A stretch of DNA of 32,000 nucleotides from Nitrosopumilaceae archaeon (GTDB taxonomy: Archaea; Thermoproteota; Nitrososphaeria; Nitrososphaerales; Nitrosopumilaceae). Under the pieces are notes generated by a model. The model did not search any database. It saw only the letters and a list, made by a program, of their open reading frames with translations, and was not told where the DNA came from. How positions within the stretch are numbered: position 1 is the first letter of the stretch; each line of letters starts with the position of its first letter. The position numbers were made by a program, and so were the translations under genes. This document shows positions 26,288 through 32,000 of this stretch, in pieces. Location of the stretch: the NCBI GenBank assembly GCA_965200155.1, contig CBDATR010000031.1, positions 11,321 through 43,320 of the forward strand. The letters run 5' to 3'.

Positions 26288-27981
26288 GTATGAGTTCACG
26301 TGTTTTGATCACATAATAAGATAGAATGCATCCCAGTTTTTTTTAATTATAACTGCATTCTGGCAGCAACCTCGTTCATAACAGAAAGGCCTTGAGCCCT
26401 CCATGTCTGAACACATGATACAAATGTAGACATGCGGCGCATTGCCCTTTCACCACCCTTTATCTGGCCACTAATCTTGCGGAATACCACTGCGTATCAG
26501 AACCGGTTCCACTGCTCCGCTGGATTGTTGGTGGGCTCTACACTGTCATATTCTAAGAATACGAACATGCCTGGTATGGCCTTATTCAATCCTTTTACCT
26601 TCTTTTGTAGTTCAGTATCATCAACATCACAGTACTGATGCATCTGCTCCTGTCTCAAATGAGTGTCGTAATTGCGCGGACGGCCCGCAGTGATTCAGGG
26701 ATTCCCGTGCGCTCCGGAACAATCCTTTCAGGTCGTTGTCAAGTTTGATCCGGGCGTCCTGAGCACCGGGATCAATATAGAATCCTGCATGTAATGCCTG
26801 GGTATCGCGCAATAAATGCGCCCAACACAACTGGTGCTTCCCACCGTCATCAAACCGGCGGTACACAACGTACCTGTCCGTTACTATCGCTCCCTGGTAA
26901 CCGTTCAGGTATTTGTTCACTACATTTGAACTCCTACTTTTGTCATATATGGACATCATCCACTCTTCGGCTCGCATCCCCCATACCCAGCCACGCCTAC
27001 CCGCCAGTGATATACCAGTTTCGTCCACATGAATGCTGGGTGATTTTATTATATTTTCATGAATTGTTTCCATAAATGATTCACATGCATCGGCGGCCCT
27101 GGCAATTATGTTGTTTACCGCACCCACAGATATATTCAGGCCGAAGAGATCCTTCGAAATTACAGGTATGCGTTTTATTGGAATCTTTTCTGCGCGTAAT
27201 GCAGTGATGGCACCGCATAATTGAACCCCAAAACTACCACTCTTTGGGACGCCAGCTGCTGGGGCCAGTTGTTTTTTGCCGCACTTGCATGCAGCCATTT
27301 CTATCACATGAAGGGTCTCCTCTATTTTGGCGGGTATTAATTCCGTTATGTGTCGTTGTTTCCAACCAATTTTTGTCATTATATTGCCGCACTCACATAT
27401 TGGAGCACACTCAAAGGTGTGGCGCATTACTCTGTCGGGGTTGTGGGAACGGGAAACCCCCTTGTGTCCCTTTTGCGCGCCAGCCTTTTTGGCTGATTTC
27501 GTACTGGCTTCTGTCTGTTGCTTATTATCTCCCTGTTTTCGCTTCTGCTCCTCCTGTTTTCGCTTCTTGTACTGGAGGGATTGAAGGGATGGTGGCGAGT
27601 GAGCATTCTCATAATATCTAAGTCGCGTTGTGAGTACCGCAATTTTCCTGTCTTTTTCTACTAATTCCTCTTTTAATTCACTTACATAATTTCTAATAAT
27701 TTGGAAATCTTGTATATGATTTCGTATTTCTTTTATGGTGTGTGACATATATGCTTCCAATACTCTCACACGTTCCTTGTAATGTGCAAGATCTTTCTTG
27801 TAATCCTCAATATCTTTCTTGATAGACGCAAGGGTATCCTGAAGAAGTTTATTTTCCAGTTCCAATTCCTTATAGGACCGGCGTCTTCTCATTAGATTCT
27901 TATTGCAAATTTGGTATTTAAGTAAAATATTGCCATACCAATCTATATCTTAGTGAATGATCAAAACACGTGAACTCATAC
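26288..27981 (-). mobile_element. IS66-family element copy 2, most complete (1694 bp)
   Basis: 24-bp inverted repeats gtatgagttcacgtgttttgatca at both ends. It contains a single transposase gene. Together with the partial repeat 27982-28485 it is flanked by an 8-bp TSD agtatcat (26280-26287 and 28486-28493). Confidence 0.85.
26627..27892 (-). CDS. IS66-family transposase (421-aa ORF); the C-terminal roughly 95 codons (26347-26626) are out of frame and contain an in-frame TGA, so it is probably non-functional
   Basis: N-terminal coiled coil, a Cys-rich block (CAPICECG...CKCG), HVDETGISLAGRRGWVWG and CWAHLLRD. The downstream FLEYDSVEPTNNPAEQWNRF*YAVVFRKISGQIKG segment lies in another frame. 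Confidence 0.8.
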   Translation of the reverse strand: MRRRRSYKELELENKLLQDTLASIKKDIEDYKKDLAHYKERVRVLEAYMSHTIKEIRNHIQDFQIIRNYVSELKEELVEKDRKIAVLTTRLRYYENAHSPPSLQSLQYKKRKQEEQKRKQGDNKQQTEASTKSAKKAGAQKGHKGVSRSHNPDRVMRHTFECAPICECGNIMTKIGWKQRHITELIPAKIEETLHVIEMAACKCGKKQLAPAAGVPKSGSFGVQLCGAITALRAEKIPIKRIPVISKDLFGLNISVGAVNNIIARAADACESFMETIHENIIKSPSIHVDETGISLAGRRGWVWGMRAEEWMMSIYDKSRSSNVVNKYLNGYQGAIVTDRYVVYRRFDDGGKHQLCWAHLLRDTQALHAGFYIDPGAQDARIKLDNDLKGLFRSARESLNHCGPSAQLRHSFETGADASVL

Positions 27982-28485
27982 CCCCCTTGTGTCCCTTTTG
28001 CGCGCCAGCCTTTTTGGCTGATTTCGTACTGGCTTCTGTCTGTTGCTTATTATCTCCCTGTTTTCGCTTCTGCTCCTCCTGTTTTCGCTTCTTGTACTGG
28101 AGGGATTGAAGGGATGGTGGCGAGTGAGCATTCTCATAATATCTAAGTCGCGTTGTGAGTACCGCAATTTTCCCCTGTTTTTCTTTTAGTTTCTCATTCA
28201 ATTCATTTACATAATACCTAATAATTTGGAAATCTTGTGTGAGATTTCGTATTTCTTTTGTGGTGTGTGACGTATGTGCTTCCAATACTCTCACACGTTC
28301 CTTGTAATGTGCAAGATCTTTCTCGGTAGACGCAAGGGTATCCTGAAGAAGTTTATTTTCCAGTTCCAATTCCTTATAGGACCGGCGTCTTCTCATTAGA
28401 TTCTTATTGCAAATTTGGTATTTAAGTAAAATATTGTCATACCAATCTATATCTTAGTGAATGATCAAAACACGTGAACTCATAC
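27982..28485 (-). mobile_element. Tandem partial duplicate of the IS66-like right end (equivalent to 27457-27981)
   Basis: It restarts at cccccttgtgtccc (27457 in the full copy) and ends with the same terminal repeat at 28462-28485. It encodes a 148-aa N-terminal coiled-coil fragment (ORF 27950-28396) with a 7-aa deletion. Confidence 0.8.
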
Positions 28486-28534
28486 AGTATCATGGGTTTT
28501 CCCACACAGACTCGTGTAAAACAGAAAAGTTAAG

Positions 28535-28626
28535 GTATGAGTTCACGTCTTCCGGAATCTTGTGCACAAATCACATTAACTGTCGCGATCAGTTGTGCGT
28601 AAATTTAGACACAGGTGAACTCATAC
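28535..28626 (+). mobile_element. MITE-1 copy without TSD, bridging a roughly 570-bp deletion in IS-A copy 2
   Basis: Full 92-bp match. The left flank aagttaag corresponds to about 2386 in copy 1 and the right flank agataaag to about 1818 in copy 1. Confidence 0.9.
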
Positions 28627-28628
28627 AG

Positions 28629-29189
28629 ATAAAGACTGACGGGACACATGTACGCGTACAACGTCCTGAAAAAAATCAGGAGGCAATGTACTCTGGTAAA
28701 CAAAAAACCCACACGTATAACGTACAGATAACATCAAACAAGAAAAGACTGATAATTCACGTAAGTGGAGTATATGAGGGAAAAAGACACGATTATGGCA
28801 TATTCAAGAATGATATTCCCCTTGGCGGCAAATGGGACAAGTCCCTAAAAGAATCAACCACGCCACCATCTGATAAGATAACAGTAATAGCAGATGCAGG
28901 ATACCAGGGTATGAAAGACTTCCTACCCGGCGCAAAGGTCATGATTCCATACAGGGGTAGGGAATCACTCACTAAAACTGAAAGGAAATACAACCAATAT
29001 GTATCAAAAAGGCGCATATTAATCGAGAATGTAATTCGAATGCTAAAGGTATATCGTAGATTAAGTCAGGTATATGATGGTAGTCGTGAGGAATTCCGGG
29101 AAGATCTCGTAGTATCTGGGTTGCATAATTTACACATTATGCACAAGCATACCAGGTACAAGAAATTCTTGAAAAATATCTGTCCATAA
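28629..29189 (+). pseudogene. IS-A DDE_Tnp_4 transposase, C-terminal 186 codons only
   Basis: IKTDGTHVRVQRPEKNQ... to ...KKFLKNICP* is about 95% identical to ORF 1265-2062. The N-terminal part of track ORF 28461-29189 is read-through of IS and MITE sequence. Confidence 0.8.
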
Positions 29190-29457
29190 TTTCCGTGTTA
29201 TTATAATTCGAATATTACTCATCAGAAAATCCACTAAATTAATGGGTTTTGTGGTAACCATTTAGCTCACTCATGATATACGTCATCAAGATCCGGTCAC
29301 CCCACTACATGACATTTGCAATCACGGCATACGTTAGTGCTGGCAGGTGCCATTAACATTGTTCATGCTTGACTGATTGTGTGCCATAAAATACACCCCA
29401 GTTTGAAGCAACATGGGCTATTCCTGTCAATCATGCGCATAAGGTCTATTATAATTC

Positions 29458-29812
29458 GGATATTACTCATCAGAAAATCCACTAAATTAATGTATGAGTT
29501 CACGTCTTCCGGAATCTTGTACACAAATCACATTAACTGTCGCGATCAGTTATGCGTAAATTTAGACATAGGTGAACTCATACAAATTAATGGGTTTTGT
29601 GGTAACCATTTAGCTTACTCATGATATACGTCACCAAGATCCGGTCGCCACACTACACGATATTTGCAATCACGGCATACGTTAGTGCTGGCAGATGCCA
29701 TTAACATTGGTTTGTTCATGCTTGACGGATTGTGTGCCATAAAATACACCCCAGTTTGAAGCAACCTAGGCTGTTACTGTCAATCATGCGCATAAGGTCT
29801 ATTGGCCCTAGT
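29458..29812 (+). mobile_element. Second tandem copy of the IS-A 3' tail, containing a MITE-1
   Basis: ttataattcggatattactcatcag ... catgcgcataaggtcta repeats 29204-29457. It differs by the 100-bp MITE-1 plus TSD insertion. Confidence 0.8.
29492..29583 (+). mobile_element. MITE-1 copy with 8-bp TSD aaattaat
   Basis: Full 92-bp match. aaattaat occurs at 29484-29491 and 29584-29591. The empty site ccactaaattaatgggtttt is visible at about 29231-29250. Confidence 0.95.
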
Positions 29813-29814
29813 CA

Positions 29815-30060
29815 GCTTTTTGTCTGTGCCCACAATCATGCCATTCCCCTTGTCTATGCCAATCTCTTCCGCGTCTGTATATTGTGGAGTAGTGCGGGGT
29901 TTGGTGCCCTTCCAGTAGTCCTGCAAGGAATCCGGATACCTGCCTGTATCTCATACTTAATGCCGTTCTCAGTGTCATCTAACATGTCCACGGTATACTG
30001 GTAGGGAGCACCCTCCTTGTTATGGTTGGCCTTTTCAATCCCACGCATGGTTGAAGCCAA
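29815..30060 (-). pseudogene. Frameshifted gene fragment, paralog of 24490-24845, abutting the IS-A terminus
   Basis: ORF 29854-30060 (MASTMRGIEKANHNKEGAPYQYTVDMLDDTENGIKYEIQ) continues in another frame as YPDSLQDYWKGTKPRTTPQYTDAEEIGIDKGNGMIVGTDKKLTRAN and runs into the IS-A end at 29812. Confidence 0.35.
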
Positions 30061-30171
30061 ATAGCCTCCCGCTGGACGTACTTGGCATTGTCGGTGAATA
30101 CCATCAAGTTTGTTTAAAAAATCTCAGATGTAATACTTGGATCCAAGTTAGTAATCACTACGACAGAATAA

Positions 30172-30263
30172 GTATGAGTTCACGTCTTCCGGAATCTTAT
30201 ACACAAATCACATTAACTGTCGCGATCAGTTATGCGTAAATTTAGACACAGGTGAACTCATAC
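30172..30263 (+). mobile_element. MITE-1 copy with 8-bp TSD cagaataa
   Basis: Full 92-bp match. cagaataa occurs at 30164-30171 and 30264-30271. Confidence 0.95.
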
Positions 30264-30439
30264 CAGAATAAACGAGAATACTCAAACCGTTTCTCACATA
30301 CATTTTTAATCTAACTTGTTTGGAGTTATGCAACTAACTAGTGTAATCTAAGTGGATATAAACTCGTACAATTCTACAACACATGCTGCTAATACTTGAA
30401 TTTTAAATTCGCGTATAAAATAAAAACACGCATGTAATG

Positions 30440-31030
30440 CTAGAACACAATATAGTCTAACGCCACAGCGTCGCTTATTAGTGATGTGTGCCTTGCTCCT
30501 ATTACGTAACCGTTTTTTATGTCAGAGGTAGGGACCCATCTATTCGTAGAGGTATAGTGGCGTTTCTCTGCTAACTCCCGCTCAATGGATTCTATATCAA
30601 ACTCGGCTTCTTCTACTTCTTGGGTAGCTATATGCCGTATTGTTACCAGTATCTTGGTTATCTTTATACGATCACCAAACCTCCATTGAACGGGAGGGTG
30701 TTCGTCTGAGACTTCAAGTACCTTGATCTTCATTTGTTTGGTACCTAGAGCATCACTACTAATCAACAACCTCTCGTCAACAAACTCCTCAAAGCTGGTT
30801 CGATGGCGTGCTGATCCTGTGCTGGATACTGTTTCTAGAATGCTTTGCACGTCGTTACGGGGTGTATCTTCAATTATATCTGGCTCCTCGTAAACTTTGT
30901 CCTCTATAGGTTCATCCTCTTGCGCGGCGTCTTCTTCCTCTACTACGTCTGGATCTTGCGGAATGTCATCATCTTTTTTATTTCTGATTTTTTCCCATAT
31001 ACCCATACCAAAATATAGTCTGTGCGACAT
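30440..31030 (-). CDS. Hypothetical protein with an acidic N-terminal region
   Basis: 196-aa ORF. It has a D/E-rich low-complexity segment (DPDVVEEEDAAQEDEPIEDKVYEEPDIIED), then a structured-looking C-terminal half. I recognise no family. The start may be the internal MGIWEK. Confidence 0.5.
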   Translation of the reverse strand: MSHRLYFGMGIWEKIRNKKDDDIPQDPDVVEEEDAAQEDEPIEDKVYEEPDIIEDTPRNDVQSILETVSSTGSARHRTSFEEFVDERLLISSDALGTKQMKIKVLEVSDEHPPVQWRFGDRIKITKILVTIRHIATQEVEEAEFDIESIERELAEKRHYTSTNRWVPTSDIKNGYVIGARHTSLISDAVALDYIVF

Positions 31031-31073
31031 AAAAATATAGCCACTCCAGTCGTAACCGTTTAGGTAGCGTAAA

Positions 31074-31165
31074 GTATGAGTTCACGTCTTCCGGAATCTT
31101 ATGCACAAATCACATTAACTGTCGCGATCAGTTATGCGTAAATTTAGACACAGGTGAACTCATAC
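31074..31165 (+). mobile_element. MITE-1 copy with 8-bp TSD agcgtaaa
   Basis: Full 92-bp match. agcgtaaa occurs at 31066-31073 and 31166-31173. Confidence 0.95.
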
Positions 31166-31185
31166 AGCGTAAAAGCTCAGACATC

Positions 31186-31277
31186 GTATGAGTTCACGTC
31201 TTCCGGAATCTTATGCACAAATCACATTAACTGTCGCGATCAGTTATGCGTAAATTTAGACACAGGTGAACTCATAC
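31186..31277 (+). mobile_element. MITE-1 copy with 8-bp TSD cagacatc
   Basis: Full 92-bp match. cagacatc occurs at 31178-31185 and 31278-31285, only 20 bp from the previous copy. Confidence 0.95.
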
Positions 31278-31710
31278 CAGACATCTAGACGATAAATACA
31301 TGATCATATGTGAGGTATTATGATGGAAATGGCGATAATGTATATGCTCATGGTGTTTTTTAAACGGTTGTCCATGGGTAACCTAATCGATTACGTGTAC
31401 ACTTTACGTCGTCTATATATTGTGTAGACCAACATACTGCTAGCCATTACTGCAAGTGTTATGGCACTCCATACTGCTAGTGATACGATGTCGACTTCGG
31501 CCACAATACATCAGTACAATACGTAGATTTTGTATTTTTCGCCTGACTGTGCTGTACACTAGAGTCCGCAAAATAATTCTCGTGTGCTCCTGTCTTACAT
31601 CATTGTTCCTTTGGTGTATTGATCCGGCATACCATTGGTATCTTGGATCATTCTCGCCATGGTATGTATGGCTTAATTACCGCGACCTTTTTAGCGAATT
31701 CTGCATCTCT

Positions 31711-31907
31711 ATAGCTGTCACCATAAGTCTTGGCGGTGTTTTTCCATAAAATATCCCAACCGGGATGGCAGACAGGCTGAATCAGCAGATGCAAGTAATG
31801 TACCCTACCATACTTTATGGACATGCAATACTTCATGATGAGTTTAGCGGCGTATAATGACTGTGCATATGTATGGGTCTCCAGAACGATCACGCACAAA
31901 AATCCAC
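31711..31907 (-). repeat. Unclassified repeat (family 4), copy 2, abutted by an IS66-like terminus
   Basis: Reverse complement of 22891-23088 at about 90% identity. It ends exactly where the IS66-like terminal repeat begins (31908). Confidence 0.7.
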
Positions 31908-32000
31908 GTATGAGTTCACGTGTTTTGATCATTCACTAAGATATAGGTAGGAGTTCATATGTAGTGGACAAATACCTGAACGGTTACCAGGGCGCGATAG
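31908..32000 (+). mobile_element. IS66-like element copy 3 with an internal deletion; runs off the window
   Basis: gtatgagttcacgtgttttgatcattcactaagatatag is joined at about 31946 directly to gtaggagttcatatgtagtggacaaatacctgaacgg, which is the mid-transposase sequence found at 474-520 in copy 1. Confidence 0.8.

Larger units (their letters stand above)
26206..29457 (+). mobile_element. IS-A copy 2, heavily rearranged; it hosts the IS66-like composite and a MITE-1-bridged deletion
   Basis: The 5' terminus is at 26206. The 5' UTR is split at the agtatcat target by 26288-28485. The N-terminal half of the transposase is replaced by the MITE-1 at 28535. The transposase C-terminus runs to 29189 and the 3' terminus ...tgcgcataaggtcta ends at 29457. 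Confidence 0.7.
31052..31394 (-). mobile_element. MITE-2 copy carrying two independent MITE-1 insertions
   Basis: gtaaccgtttaggta ... taacctaatcgattac. After removing the two 100-bp insertions, 143 bp remain, which align with the reverse complement of 6124-6265. Confidence 0.8.

Noticed and set aside
26347-26560. The shared in-frame TGA in the IS66-like transposase could be selenocysteine or programmed recoding
   Set aside because: No SECIS-like context is apparent. The gene also needs an additional frameshift upstream, and one copy has further frameshifts. A pseudogene is the simpler explanation.
5532-31066. The MITE-2 end motif gacctaaacggttac always points toward the adjacent gene, suggesting a directional operator
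   Set aside because: The element has inverted repeats, so each end looks identical when viewed from outside. The common orientation is therefore trivial. Only the proximity to starts is retained as an observation.
1-31277. The recurring roughly 90-bp repeat could be a CRISPR array or arrays
   Set aside because: Copies are irregularly spaced, from 20 bp to several kb apart, and occur in both orientations. They have terminal inverted repeats and are flanked by site-specific 8-bp direct duplications. No cas genes are present. This is MITE behaviour, not CRISPR.
1-32000. Search for tRNA, rRNA, C/D-box sRNA or other RNA genes in ORF-free stretches (5850-6475, 10860-11190, 12890-13215, 24450-25020, 25790-25900, 30264-30440, 31280-31700)
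   Set aside because: By eye I saw no cloverleaf-compatible segments with T-loop GTTCRANYC motifs, no rRNA-like conservation, and no convincing C (RUGAUGA) plus D (CUGA) box pairs at sRNA spacing. A covariance-model scan would be needed to exclude them formally.

Overview
The window looks archaeal. It carries PurP-type purine synthesis, TatA/TatC, a MetH that lacks the homocysteine-binding domain, and a small C2H2 zinc-finger protein. A Nitrososphaera-like ammonia-oxidising thaumarchaeon is my guess only. About 22 ordinary chromosomal genes are present: tatA, tatC, purS, a CBS protein, an aldo/keto reductase, metH, a SAM methyltransferase, a glyoxalase/VOC protein, an HD hydrolase, a bifunctional nuclease, a solute-binding protein, a PQQ-type sugar dehydrogenase, purP, a DUF77/MTH1187-type protein, a MqnC/MqnE/CofH-type radical SAM enzyme, an SDR and several hypotheticals. 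These genes are interleaved with a very dense, multiply nested load of mobile DNA.

The dominant signal is a 92-bp MITE, here called MITE-1. It has 12-bp perfect terminal inverted repeats (gtatgagttcac) and occurs 15 times in 32 kb. Twelve copies have intact 8-bp target-site duplications. Its termini match the first 14 nt of the inverted repeats of an IS66-family element in the same window, and that element also has an 8-bp duplication plus a visible empty site in a paralogous sequence. The IS66-like element is therefore the likely autonomous partner.

Also present:
- a second MITE family of about 126-143 bp (MITE-2, inverted repeat gtaaccgtttaggtc)
- a DDE_Tnp_4/IS5-like IS (IS-A, terminus tagaccKtatgcgca)
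- two IS481-like (rve) copies plus a diverged remnant
- an IS630-like remnant
- an unclassified 198-bp repeat

Every transposase gene I could read is damaged by frameshifts, in-frame stops, a 19-bp tandem duplication, or deletions bridged by a MITE. Filled and empty sites and nesting order can be read directly from the sequence. I found no rRNA, tRNA or CRISPR array, and no recognisable defence or secondary-metabolite cluster. The most novel content is the MITE-1/IS66-like system and its nesting history.
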